Virus record (IMG/VR): IMGVR_UViG_3300047388_000165
Coordinates: 1 to 56,053 of that record
DNA: 56,053 nt
DNA from: a virus
Lineage: Duplodnaviria; Caudoviricetes
Reading direction: 5' to 3' (one strand)
Shown here: positions 37,159 to 46,439 of the stretch, piece by piece
Layout of the letters: each line of letters opens with the position of its first letter
Position numbering within the stretch: the first letter of the stretch is position 1
Made by a program: the position numbers and the translations under genes
The notes under the pieces: generated by a model
The model's input: the letters and a program-made list of their open reading frames with translations, nothing else
What the model was told of the DNA's origin: nothing
Database searches by the model: none

Positions 37159-37515
37159 TCAAGGAATTACAACCGAATTGCTGGGTGCTACGATTTCGTT
37201 TCCAAACACGTCCTCACCCACAACTCTCGCAAGAACACCGCTATCCAAAAACGGACTGGAGCGGGAGATGCCTGGAACGCTGCTGTCCTCAAACCAAGTG
37301 ATCCCACCATCATCCGATCCCTGAACGCTCCAAATTTCCGGATTGGTGCCAGAGAATGTCCAATGAAGGTTCGGGAACGCAAAGCTCAACACGGGAGCTG
37401 GTGGCGGAGAAGCAACTCTCGCCAGCAACGCCAGCTCTAAAGCCTCTTCCAAAGTGACTCCGTTGCAGAGGTAGCATTTTGCCTCAGCCAATAATGTCTG
37501 AGAATCAACAGCCAT
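37159..37515 (-). CDS. Small virion-associated protein with one KCxxC repeat
   Basis: MAVDSQTLLAEAKCYLCNG... Confidence 0.7.
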   Translation of the reverse strand: MAVDSQTLLAEAKCYLCNGVTLEEALELALLARVASPPPAPVLSFAFPNLHWTFSGTNPEIWSVQGSDDGGITWFEDSSVPGISRSSPFLDSGVLARVVGEDVFGNEIVAPSNSVVIP

Positions 37516-37517
37516 GA

Positions 37518-37811
37518 TTATTCCATCATGCTGGCCATCGAACCTTCAGGAGCGGACGCTGGAGCGGGAGTTTCCTCTTGCTCGTCAGGCTTTCCTTCCT
37601 TGGGCGCGTAGGCGACTTCGTAACTATCGTCGTCGACTCCCACGATTTTCAAAACCATCTCGTCGCCGACTTTCATCCCCGGACACAGCTCGGACGGGAC
37701 GACCGCCGTCGTGCCGGTATCGTGCGGCTGTTCGCCACCCAACTCATCTGGGGCTGTTGCGCCACCCTCACTCGGGGCGGCATCTCCATCACCGTAGTAA
37801 TCTTCAGGCAT
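37518..37811 (-). CDS. Acidic hypothetical protein downstream of the capsid gene
   Basis: 97 aa; CPGMKVGDE. Confidence 0.7.
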   Translation of the reverse strand: MPEDYYGDGDAAPSEGGATAPDELGGEQPHDTGTTAVVPSELCPGMKVGDEMVLKIVGVDDDSYEVAYAPKEGKPDEQEETPAPASAPEGSMASMME

Positions 37812-37902
37812 ATCTCGGTAGGCTCACATTCGAGCCAGTTGATGTTTAGTTGTTTCACCCGGGAGAGTTGTAACCCTCCCGGGTGGTGAGAAGCAACCCA
37901 GA

Positions 37903-39435
37903 TTACAGGTCGAGGTTCGGATCGGTCAGGGCCGGCACCGGCTGCGGCTGCGGCACAGGTCCGTCTTGAGTGCCGCTCGGGACACCGCAAGGGAACGTTC
38001 CATACAGCGCGGTGAAGTCCAACGGGATCGGGCAGGACGGCAGCGTGCTGTCGTAGCTCTGCACTGGATATCCCGGATCGGACGAGCAGGTGTCGATTTC
38101 CGGCACGCAGAACTGCTCGCGTTTGTGCAGATACGTTTCGAGGAACTCGTAGTGCATCGGGCGGACATAATACATGAAGTCCGCGATGAACTGGCCTTTG
38201 TTGCGGCGCTTGTTCTGGATGACGTTTCCAGAGGCGTCGGCACCAAGGTTGTCCATGACGAACTGCCACTTGCCGCCGAAGTCCCGATGACCGAAGGGCA
38301 TCTCGGGATTGAGCGAGGTCGCATCCGGCACCAGGAGCTCCATACCCATTTTGTGATGGATTTGGCTGAGGCAGAAATGCGCGCGATCGAAGTCGGTGTT
38401 GGGCTGCGAGCCGAGGCCGGCGGCACCACCCGCGCCAGTCGTGATCTGATTCACGAAGGGCAGCACCACCTGGTAGCGATACCGGTTGCCGTTGCCACCA
38501 TTGGCGCCAGCACCGAGGTCCGCCACGAAGTTGAACCGAAGGCCCATCGGGTCCATGCGGGACATGAAGTTACCGATCGAACCGGAATAACCATAGCGCC
38601 AGTACTTCGTGCTGTCGTCGAACTGCGTGAAGCGCCAGTTGCCGAGAACATTGGGGTTGTCGCCACCACCGATGCCTTGCTGGCCACCGAGATGGTCGAG
38701 GCTCCAGATGGTGTCCATGTCGGTCACCAACTCGATGAACGGACTGGTGTCCTTGAACGGGTTCTTCCCGGCGTAACCTTTCAACATCAGGTTGTTGAAC
38801 CGGTTCTGCAACATCTGCGGAACCAGTTTGAAGATGCGCGTCGGGGGCACGCTCGCATCGAAATAAACTTCGTCTCCCGCGGCGTTGTTGTTCCACTGGA
38901 AGTTGAACACGCCGTCCGTGGCGGCCTGACCGAAGTTCTTGTTGGCAACTGCCCGCATGAACGACCACGTGAGGTGGCGGCGGCGGAGGAAGTTGCTCGA
39001 AATCGCGGTGGTGGCGGGCTTGAGGATTTCGCTGATGATCTGCTCGATATGCTCCTGGGCAGCGGTGATGTGCATGTCCTGGTCATAGCAGAACAGCGGC
39101 GTGGACCAGTACTGTTGCTCGGCATACCATGTGAGCCGGTCAGCACCCCAGCCGACTTGATGCTCCACTTGATCGCAGGGGTTACCCACGCAACCGGGGC
39201 CGTTGGCGATCTTGCGAGTCCAAGGCTTCGTGACGTTGGGGAACACGCTGCGGAAACGATCCTGGGTCACCTCGACGGGCGTACCCATCTCGATGGTTCC
39301 AGTGGAAACGTTATACAGCCAGCCATCGGTGGGCCGGATATCTTCCATGATGATCTCGTCAAATCGAGGCGTTTGATCGACGAGGAACTGCGGGAAGTCG
39401 CAAGCTGCAATGATTTGGCCTGTTGGGCACGACAT
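37903..39435 (-). CDS. Major capsid protein
   Basis: 510 aa, strongly biased codons, downstream of the scaffold, own promoter and 3' hairpin (37856-37885). Confidence 0.75.
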   Translation of the reverse strand: MSCPTGQIIAACDFPQFLVDQTPRFDEIIMEDIRPTDGWLYNVSTGTIEMGTPVEVTQDRFRSVFPNVTKPWTRKIANGPGCVGNPCDQVEHQVGWGADRLTWYAEQQYWSTPLFCYDQDMHITAAQEHIEQIISEILKPATTAISSNFLRRRHLTWSFMRAVANKNFGQAATDGVFNFQWNNNAAGDEVYFDASVPPTRIFKLVPQMLQNRFNNLMLKGYAGKNPFKDTSPFIELVTDMDTIWSLDHLGGQQGIGGGDNPNVLGNWRFTQFDDSTKYWRYGYSGSIGNFMSRMDPMGLRFNFVADLGAGANGGNGNRYRYQVVLPFVNQITTGAGGAAGLGSQPNTDFDRAHFCLSQIHHKMGMELLVPDATSLNPEMPFGHRDFGGKWQFVMDNLGADASGNVIQNKRRNKGQFIADFMYYVRPMHYEFLETYLHKREQFCVPEIDTCSSDPGYPVQSYDSTLPSCPIPLDFTALYGTFPCGVPSGTQDGPVPQPQPVPALTDPNLDL

Positions 39436-39610
39436 AAAGTTAAAATTTTCTGCGTTTTATTTTAAGACGATCGGTTCGATTAAAGCGCACACGCGCAAAC
39501 GATGACCGTCAGGGAACACTTTATGAAGTCGGCTGGGAGCTTCGATATTACGCCGATGTGCCGAGTTCAGATTATAGATGCGAACTCGACCAACAAAGCA
39601 TCTGAATGGC

Positions 39611-39639
39611 TTCTACACCCGTAGAGCAGGTGGTGTCAA
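39611..39639 (-). promoter_or_regulatory. Putative capsid promoter
   Basis: TTGACA at 39639-39634, 17-18 bp spacer, weak (G)TAGAA -10. Confidence 0.5.
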
Positions 39640-39640
39640 A

Positions 39641-39943
39641 CTATTTTATGTCCGCAGCCGGTTGACACGCTCTCTGAAGAAAGTCTTCCAGGCGCTTAAT
39701 CGCGTCTGGAAATAAGATCGGCTGCTTGTCGGGTTCGTTAATCCAGGACCGTTTGGAGGCACGTCGATTGTAGTACTCATCCTTCCCGGAATCCGGCACC
39801 CCGCAAGTGAGAGTCTTTTTGGCATAGAGATCGCGCACCGATTGTTTATACAAACACCCGGCGCACACCGGGTCATGGCAGGAGTCCTTCTTGATAGCCG
39901 GCTCTCCACATTCACAGATGAATGGCTTTTTAGTTTGGGGCAT
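39641..39943 (-). CDS. Small Zn-finger-like protein
   Basis: MPQTKKPFICECG...VCAGC. Confidence 0.55.
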   Translation of the reverse strand: MPQTKKPFICECGEPAIKKDSCHDPVCAGCLYKQSVRDLYAKKTLTCGVPDSGKDEYYNRRASKRSWINEPDKQPILFPDAIKRLEDFLQRACQPAADIK

Positions 39944-39977
39944 AAAAAAGCCCGGTGCAACTCGTAAGCACCGGGCT
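39944..39977 (-). terminator. Intrinsic terminator
   Basis: AGCCCGGTGC/GCACCGGGCT 10-bp stem plus U6. Confidence 0.85.
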
Positions 39978-40027
39978 AACCAGAGTTCCAAAGGACAGGG
40001 AACAGGGGACAGGGAACAGTATCGCTG
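39944..40027 (-). ncRNA. Putative trans-acting antisense sRNA
   Basis: Promoter upstream; CU-rich tandem seed CTGTTCCCTGTCC x2 + TTTGG; intrinsic terminator; complementary to early-gene AAAGGACAG motifs. Confidence 0.6.
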
Positions 40028-40032
40028 TGGCT

Positions 40033-40061
40033 ACTTAAACTCACATTCAATAAAATGTCAA
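40033..40061 (-). promoter_or_regulatory. Putative sRNA promoter
   Basis: TTGACA-17 bp-TTAAGT overlapping the scaffold stop codon. Confidence 0.55.
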
Positions 40062-41380
40062 CGCGCTTTCTCGCGCAACTTCTGAAACATGTTGGCCTTG
40101 GCACCACCAGGTCCCGCCGGCCCGCCAGTCGTCGCCGACCGACCCGGACCTCCCGGCGGCTCCGTGCCTTTGTATTGAGCCAGCTCTTCCTTCAGGGCTT
40201 TGTTGGCGGCGGAGAGAGACTCCACTTCGCCACGCAGTGCGCCCCATGCTGCCGCGCGGTTCCTCACTGCCGCGTGACGGCGGATCACTGAGGCGCGTTC
40301 CTCGGGCGTCAGCTTCGGATCAGCCGGGTTCTGGGAAAAGGCTTTGTCAACCAACTCGAAGCCTTTGGCGAGGCGCTGATTCCAGTGCTCATCGCCCTCG
40401 CGGGGCTTGAATAATGAACCATACTTTTCATCCTTCAGCACAGCTTCATTCTCCTGCTTCCACGTGTTCGAGATTACCTGAGACAATTCTCCCATTGCCT
40501 TCTTCTGTGCCTCAGTCTCCTGCTGCTTCTTGGTGAGGCCGGTCTTTTTGGCCTCTTCGAGCGCAGCAGCCTGCTTGTCGTAGAGTCCGCGAATCTCATT
40601 ACGGTGGGCCATGACATCGTTGGCGAATGGCCCGAAGAACTCGTCGGCCATCTGCCGGGCTTTGGCCAGCGGAGCGTTGACGATCGTCAGCAAATCGTTG
40701 GGATGAACGTCGCGCTCACCACCCTGACCATCACCCACCTTAATGTCCTTCAGCTCAGCCATGGCAACCTTCCACGCTTTGTCGTAAGGCTCGACATACT
40801 TCGCCTTGAACTCCTCGGTCTGGGAGTAGTCCACGTAGGTCATGTGCTCCTCGAGCTGCTTGGCGCGGGCCTCAGCTTTGGCCGCGCGGTCCTCAAGGGC
40901 CTTGCGATCATTCTCGGGCGTGAGTTGCTTCCGCAGCTCAGCCAGTTCCGTTTCCGCTTTGGTGGCCTTACCTTTGTAATCCTCGACCAGCTTCCACGGA
41001 TTTGGCTTTTTGCCATCCTTACTGTCAACCGCGGTTGACACCTCACCCGGCTTGGCACCCTCGGCGGGAGGGGTGGTTCCGGCTGGCGCCTCACCGGGGA
41101 CGGGTGGATCAGCCGAAGCCGGCTTTGCTGGAGCGGCAGCCGCCGGCTTGGCCGGAGGAGTGGTAGTGGATGACCGGGGTCCCCCGGTGGACTTTTCCCC
41201 CAGCTTCTCAAATAGCTTGGCCTTGGCAGCACCGGGCTTCGGTTCTGGCGTGGCGGTGGGCCGGGTTCCAGGAGTGACGTGAATCTCACCAGCCGAGGCC
41301 GGCACAGCGCTGGGTGCGCCAGCGGCGGCGGGCCGTGCGGGAGCGGCGGGTGGTACGATGGTTGGAGCTTCAGCTGGCAT
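40058..41380 (-). CDS. Capsid scaffolding protein
   Basis: Pro/Ala-rich N-terminus and long coiled coil, between portal and capsid. Confidence 0.7.
   Translation of the reverse strand: MPAEAPTIVPPAAPARPAAAGAPSAVPASAGEIHVTPGTRPTATPEPKPGAAKAKLFEKLGEKSTGGPRSSTTTPPAKPAAAAPAKPASADPPVPGEAPAGTTPPAEGAKPGEVSTAVDSKDGKKPNPWKLVEDYKGKATKAETELAELRKQLTPENDRKALEDRAAKAEARAKQLEEHMTYVDYSQTEEFKAKYVEPYDKAWKVAMAELKDIKVGDGQGGERDVHPNDLLTIVNAPLAKARQMADEFFGPFANDVMAHRNEIRGLYDKQAAALEEAKKTGLTKKQQETEAQKKAMGELSQVISNTWKQENEAVLKDEKYGSLFKPREGDEHWNQRLAKGFELVDKAFSQNPADPKLTPEERASVIRRHAAVRNRAAAWGALRGEVESLSAANKALKEELAQYKGTEPPGGPGRSATTGGPAGPGGAKANMFQKLREKAR
41023..41040. repeat. Dispersed palindrome
   Basis: Perfect 18-bp copy. 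Confidence 0.95.
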
Positions 41381-41385
41381 AAATT

Positions 41386-41706
41386 TTATTTGTGTTGGAG
41401 ATTATCGTCAGGACGGCGAATGGATGGTGTTGAGGTTTCCGAAAGGGTTCTCAGTATTTGCAGGAATTGCTGCGCCCCCTGCATCCTCAATCCAGCCGAC
41501 CCAGCACCAGTCCCGTCGGTGATATTCGAGGTAACATCGGCCTGAAACTGCAACATTGCAAAGTCACATCCACGAGTGAAGGCCACACTGTCCACCATCT
41601 GCCGGTGCTCGCCAATCCACTGGGACATCTCGACGAAGCGCTGCTTGGGGGTCTTGTTTGGATTGTATGGCGGAGCCGGCTTCGGTGGCGCTGCTTGAGG
41701 AGGCAT
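41386..41706 (-). CDS. Hypothetical head-region protein
   Basis: 106 aa; RMQGAQQFLQIL. Confidence 0.7.
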   Translation of the reverse strand: MPPQAAPPKPAPPYNPNKTPKQRFVEMSQWIGEHRQMVDSVAFTRGCDFAMLQFQADVTSNITDGTGAGSAGLRMQGAQQFLQILRTLSETSTPSIRRPDDNLQHK

Positions 41707-41709
41707 AGT

Positions 41710-41895
41710 TCAAATAATCTTGAACTTCCTTTTAGTCACTCTGTTTCGTCTTTGCAACACTTTTGTTTTGGGCATCTTCAACATTTTGTTCGCCAATTTG
41801 AACAAAGGACTGGTCTGCTTGCGCTGCATGAACGTGTGATGCGGCACTGGCGTATAACTCGGAAACTGCGGCGGAGACGGCTCCTGCTCGTTCAT
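41710..41895 (-). CDS. Small basic protein
   Basis: 61 aa, Lys/Arg-rich. Confidence 0.5.
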   Translation of the reverse strand: MNEQEPSPPQFPSYTPVPHHTFMQRKQTSPLFKLANKMLKMPKTKVLQRRNRVTKRKFKII

Positions 41896-42046
41896 AGGAA
41901 TCGTTGCTTGCGGTGCTTCTTGGTTGGCCGGTAGACGCCAGCCTTGCGTGAGAGCACGGTCTTGCGAGCCTTGTGCTTATTATCGAAGATGGGCGTCTGG
42001 TCCACCATCGATTGCGGCGCGTTGCCTGAGTGACTCATTCCACAGC

Positions 42047-43330
42047 TCATAATACGACCTCCGGTTTTGGCAGTTCTTCGTCGGTAAATTCAATGCCCTC
42101 TTCTTTCGCTGTCTCTGCTTCCTTGAGCAGGTTGGCGAGCGAGTCGACATCGCACTTGATGCCGTCGGGCAACTCCTCACGATACTCCTTCAGAGCCTCG
42201 ATTGCCTCTTCTAAATCATCACCGGTCGCCACCAGCCAGCCGAGCATCGTGTGCAACGGATGTGGGGGAATGCAAATCTTGCCGCCCACTTCGCAGGCGA
42301 ACCCGCACTTCACCCACTGACGGATTTTATCTGGGACATCGATGACCAGCCACTCGTCCGCGTCACGGTCACATTTGAGTAACGCCTGCACTCCAAACTG
42401 AGCAGTCGGCTCCGGTTCCACCAGGATGCCTTGAGCGCCCTTCCACACGATCTCGCCAAGGTTGCCGAACAACTCGGTCATCACCTGTGACGGTGGGGAA
42501 GCCGCGCGACAGGTGGGATCGATGAAATAACTGTCCTCGTCCTTGATGCGAACCTCGAACGAGAAGAACCCGCGGTATCCATATTCGCCCAGAACAGGTC
42601 CAAACTTTTCCGGCACCATCCGGACGCGCTCGTCGATGTCCTGCATCTGCTGGATGGAACAGAAGTACGATTTGTCTTTGCACTCCATGCCATGCATCAC
42701 GGTCTTGGGGAACTGGCCGTTGATACAGTAGCTGTCGATGCCGTCCTCAATGTCGGTGTCGATCGAATCGAACACGTAGAAAGTGACGACGTTCTTCAGG
42801 GGGCCAAATTTGCAGGCGTAATAATCGAGCGTGCCTTCATCGTGGGACCAGTCGCGCCAGTGCAGCGTCTCCCAATCTCCGCGCCAACGGGACATCTTGA
42901 TCCACTTGTCCTCTTCATTCCGGAGATGCTCGCGGAGGGCATCCATGCCGGTGATTTTCTTGAACACGGGCACGAGCATTCCAATGTCTCCGATCTGCTC
43001 CAGGAACAGCCCGCGCTGAGTCTCCAACTCGTCGGCTCCATGATGGCCCCACACTGGAAATCCCTGCTGGATCAGCTCGCGTTGCAGGCCGGCAAATCCC
43101 ACATCCGGAAATACGAACAGGTCACAGTTGCGCTTCACCTTCCAGATGTCACCCACGCGCTCGATGTTCTTGAATCCGTCGCCGATGACCCCCTTCTCCG
43201 TCTTGGGGGCCATGTCATCCCACGGGCTCCAGTAATAAACTTTCTTGAATTGCTCTCCCAACTTTTGTGCGATGGGCAGGAACAATCCATGGTCTATTAC
43301 ACAGGCAACAACTTCTTCGACCGGCTTCAT
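42047..43330 (-). CDS. ATP-grasp ligase, phosphoribosylamine-glycine ligase-like
   Basis: DLFVFPD, PVWG...ELE..R, WIK, YRGFFSFE, FIDPTCR..SPP. Confidence 0.75.
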   Translation of the reverse strand: MKPVEEVVACVIDHGLFLPIAQKLGEQFKKVYYWSPWDDMAPKTEKGVIGDGFKNIERVGDIWKVKRNCDLFVFPDVGFAGLQRELIQQGFPVWGHHGADELETQRGLFLEQIGDIGMLVPVFKKITGMDALREHLRNEEDKWIKMSRWRGDWETLHWRDWSHDEGTLDYYACKFGPLKNVVTFYVFDSIDTDIEDGIDSYCINGQFPKTVMHGMECKDKSYFCSIQQMQDIDERVRMVPEKFGPVLGEYGYRGFFSFEVRIKDEDSYFIDPTCRAASPPSQVMTELFGNLGEIVWKGAQGILVEPEPTAQFGVQALLKCDRDADEWLVIDVPDKIRQWVKCGFACEVGGKICIPPHPLHTMLGWLVATGDDLEEAIEALKEYREELPDGIKCDVDSLANLLKEAETAKEEGIEFTDEELPKPEVVL

Positions 43331-43479
43331 AAAATCGGAGTCCACGGGTGCGACATATCCTGCCACTTCCCTACAAACCAGTATTGATACTTCCCGCAGT
43401 CAAGACACAACCTTCGCGGCTTAGAGGTGCGATGGTGACCCCTCGGCCAAAAAATCCATTTGTGGAACAAGTGAATCAT
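43327..43479 (-). CDS. Small protein (HKW...CxxCG)
   Basis: Manual translation MIHLFHKW...RLCLDCGK; ATGA-coupled on both sides. Confidence 0.5.
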   Translation of the reverse strand: MIHLFHKWIFWPRGHHRTSKPRRLCLDCGKYQYWFVGKWQDMSHPWTPIL

Positions 43480-43874
43480 TCAAACAGATCGAGTATGGCC
43501 TTCTCGTGTTCTATCCAGCCAACTCCCATGTGAGTGGCGGTGATGCGTTCGATGGCGGTGGCGTAGCCGTGTTCCCGGTGATAAGGAGCCTCCAAATGAT
43601 CGCCGGGCTCAGACTCGTCATCCGGGCGACGGTGCTTCTCAAAATCCATGTCGAACTTATCCACCTCTTCCTGACCAACCCCGTTGGCCATACACATCAT
43701 CACCTCAGCCAGTTCGTGAAGCGCGACGAGTTGCTGTGATTTCTCTGGCAGCTCCCGGCTAACCCTGATTCTGAGAGTTGGCTCCAGCGTTCCCGGCTCC
43801 TGCTCAAACCACCAATCACCACACGTCGGGTAGCGGTGCTGTTCGTGAGGAATAGATTCGATGAGAATTTTCAT
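43476..43874 (-). CDS. Conserved phage protein with HExxE motif
   Basis: RYPTCGDW, ALHELAE, EPGD...APYHREH. Confidence 0.75.
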   Translation of the reverse strand: MKILIESIPHEQHRYPTCGDWWFEQEPGTLEPTLRIRVSRELPEKSQQLVALHELAEVMMCMANGVGQEEVDKFDMDFEKHRRPDDESEPGDHLEAPYHREHGYATAIERITATHMGVGWIEHEKAILDLFE

Positions 43875-44034
43875 ATCAACATTTCTTCCAGTGCCGGTCC
43901 CAGTCGAGCAACTGCGATGTCCGCATCAGCGATGGCCATTTCCACCTGGGCGGGAGTGGGATTGTCGGTGCCACACAAAATCCCGAGCCGCTCGGTGAAT
44001 CGATAGCCCCACTCAGCATCCAGCTCTTGCTGCG

Positions 44035-46347
44035 TCATTCGTCGCCTCCGTCTTTGTGATCGCCATTGAGCATCTTCAAGCGCTGCTGCGTAAGCTCGAT
44101 GCCGGCCTCGGCAGCTTTGACTTTCAGCTCCAGCTCGTGCTCCTGCTCCTTCTGCTTCATGCCCTGCTCGAACTGAATCTGGCGCTGCGCGGTCTTCTGC
44201 GCGTGACTCTGGCTGGAGAGCTTCGCCTTGGTCTGAGCCTGCAACATGGTGGCCTGAATCTTGGCCTGCGCCGCCGGATCACCCTGCTGGCCCTGCTGCT
44301 GTTGCTGCTTCTTCATCTGCTCGACCAGGCGCTGAGCCATGGCCTTCACGAGGTTCATCATCTTGCCCAGCTGATCGCCATACTGTTTGACCCGCTGCTT
44401 CTCGTTCGGGTCCTGTGCGATGATCTGGATGTGCTGCGCGATGTGGTTGGACATGTTCTGCAAGCCCTGGATGGTCTTGATATCGGCCATGCCGCCGTTG
44501 TCCTGAGCGCCTTTGATGATGTGAGCCATAGTGACCATGAGCGTGTCCACATACTCGATGTGGTTCATGCCGGTCTTGAGCGCGACGGGCAGGCCCTGCA
44601 TGAGCGTGCCGGCAGCGAGCTGCGCGTCGTGAACAGCATCGGTGATGGTGACCGGGTTCTCGGGCACCAGCTGGTCCGCGCGGGCGGCGTCGTCGGTGAT
44701 GGCGAGCGTAACGTCGTGGAGAATCTGGCGCTGCGGGCCGGGGTCATAAAGATTGCGGTATTGCATGAGCTGCTGGGCAATGCTCATCTCCAGTGTCTTG
44801 TTGCCCGCGCCCATCACGCGCTCCGGTTCAATATCCCACGCGGTGTAGTCCTCAAGATATTTCTTGGGCACTCCATTGCGAAGGCACTCCGCCTGAAACC
44901 GCACCACGTCTGCATCTCGGGAGTTGGGTTTACAAAACCTGCGGAAAATTTCTTTGTACTCGAACGTCTGGTAAGTGTACGCCTGCTGAAGCGCGATGCT
45001 CACCATGGCGGTGGCCGTCTGGGTTTCCGCCTGCACCTGGAACTTCGTCTTCTCCACGTCCGATGCTCCACTCTGGGGAGTGGTCGTGAACGTCGAAGAG
45101 TGCCGGGAAATCAAGTCCGCGATCTGAGTAATGCCCATCTCCGCCAGCTGGACGTTGGGTTGGAATCGATCTTCTGCCGGGATGAACTGCACTGACTCAT
45201 CGATGAAGCCCCGGTTGTAGAGGTCCACCTTCACCACGCGCTGCACGTCGTCCATGCTCTTCACGCGGAACAGCATCATCAACTGCTCGAAAGTTGTCTC
45301 GGTCAGTCGGCAACGCAGCCGGTTCTGGAGGTGGCAAACTGCGTATAGAAGGAAGCCAAGGGACCTGACCGAGTGATAACGGAAGGGGGCAACCGAGGAA
45401 AGGTCAGCGAACTGACAACTGAAAATCTGCTCCCGGCTGGTGGCCTTCACCGTTTCGCCTGAGTCGTATAGCCACTTGCCTTTGGCGAAGTCCATGGCCT
45501 TGTTGGCGCTCATCTCCGGAGCGACGCCGGTTGGAGCGCTCCACGTGTCGAGCACCATGCGACGGCGCCATCCACCGTTGCCACCCTGGTCCGACCAGTA
45601 CCAGAAATCGAACACGTTGATCGTGGGAACCCGGTCCCCCATGTAAAAGCCGCCATCCCCCTTGGTCCGTTCCGCCATTTTCTCCGGCGACCAAATGTCG
45701 GGGAAGTTGGAGCCGAGCAGCGCTTGTGATTCCTTGTCCACCCACTCAATGCAGGCGTCCACCAGTTTCATGTTCCAGCCCTTGTCGCGCTTCTCGCCCT
45801 TCGTCAGCTTGATTAACTCCGGCGCGGTGTAGGCCCGCATCTTGATAAAGAACGGAAGATTGCGAAACGAAAGCAAAGTGTCTGAGGGCACCAGCAAATC
45901 CTCGACGCCCATTGAGATCGGGCACCACGAGTCGCTGTTGTCCCACGAGTTCGGAGCCATCCCGTGCATGACCAGCAGCGCAAACCGGGAACGCATCGTC
46001 TCGTAATACTCGAGCGATCGCTTCATCACCCGGTTCACCGCCTTGGTCACCACCACGCTACGCTCGTTGCGCTTGTGTAGCGGACCCTGATCGGTGGTGC
46101 AGCGAAAGTAATTGCCGGGTTTCTGGAACGCCGAGGCGAACTGGGAACGCGCGTCGTGGGAGAGGGTGGTGGCTTCGAGAAAGTTGACGTTGACGTTGAT
46201 ATTGTTCTCCTCCACTTCCTCGGCGGAGTAAGGAGGAGCGCCATTGAACAGTGTGTTGATGCGAGCACGATTCTGTCCGCGGGACCAATCACCGTAACGC
46301 AACTGCCAGGCGATTGATTGAACGAGGTCGGCATCTTCGAAGCGCAT
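44035..46347 (-). CDS. Portal protein
   Basis: 770 aa; NRARI...FNGAPPY..NVNF N-terminus; Gln-rich coiled C-terminal barrel. Confidence 0.85.
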   Translation of the reverse strand: MRFEDADLVQSIAWQLRYGDWSRGQNRARINTLFNGAPPYSAEEVEENNINVNVNFLEATTLSHDARSQFASAFQKPGNYFRCTTDQGPLHKRNERSVVVTKAVNRVMKRSLEYYETMRSRFALLVMHGMAPNSWDNSDSWCPISMGVEDLLVPSDTLLSFRNLPFFIKMRAYTAPELIKLTKGEKRDKGWNMKLVDACIEWVDKESQALLGSNFPDIWSPEKMAERTKGDGGFYMGDRVPTINVFDFWYWSDQGGNGGWRRRMVLDTWSAPTGVAPEMSANKAMDFAKGKWLYDSGETVKATSREQIFSCQFADLSSVAPFRYHSVRSLGFLLYAVCHLQNRLRCRLTETTFEQLMMLFRVKSMDDVQRVVKVDLYNRGFIDESVQFIPAEDRFQPNVQLAEMGITQIADLISRHSSTFTTTPQSGASDVEKTKFQVQAETQTATAMVSIALQQAYTYQTFEYKEIFRRFCKPNSRDADVVRFQAECLRNGVPKKYLEDYTAWDIEPERVMGAGNKTLEMSIAQQLMQYRNLYDPGPQRQILHDVTLAITDDAARADQLVPENPVTITDAVHDAQLAAGTLMQGLPVALKTGMNHIEYVDTLMVTMAHIIKGAQDNGGMADIKTIQGLQNMSNHIAQHIQIIAQDPNEKQRVKQYGDQLGKMMNLVKAMAQRLVEQMKKQQQQQGQQGDPAAQAKIQATMLQAQTKAKLSSQSHAQKTAQRQIQFEQGMKQKEQEHELELKVKAAEAGIELTQQRLKMLNGDHKDGGDE

Positions 46348-46386
46348 AATGTCGTCTTACTCGCCTTCGATGATAATTGCAACCGC

Positions 46387-46421
46387 AAACAAAAGGCAGG
46401 CACCCGTTAGAGCGCCTGCCT
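46387..46421 (-). terminator. Intrinsic terminator
   Basis: AGGCAGGC/GCCTGCCT stem followed by TTTGTTT on the - strand. Confidence 0.65.
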
Positions 46422-46439
46422 GATGGTGGGTTTGATTGG

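Noticed and set aside
37966-39465. Long + strand ORF opposite the capsid gene (also 15145-16401, 44056-45195, 31590-32612, 10152-11054)
   Set aside because: Antisense shadows caused by high-GC codon bias; no motifs or RBS
39993-40019. 13-bp tandem repeat as a mini-CRISPR or VNTR
   Set aside because: Only two units and no spacer; better explained as the sRNA seed
42047-43330. Calling this gene purD, a purine auxiliary metabolic gene
   Set aside because: Lacks the PurD N-terminal signature and any purine-pathway context
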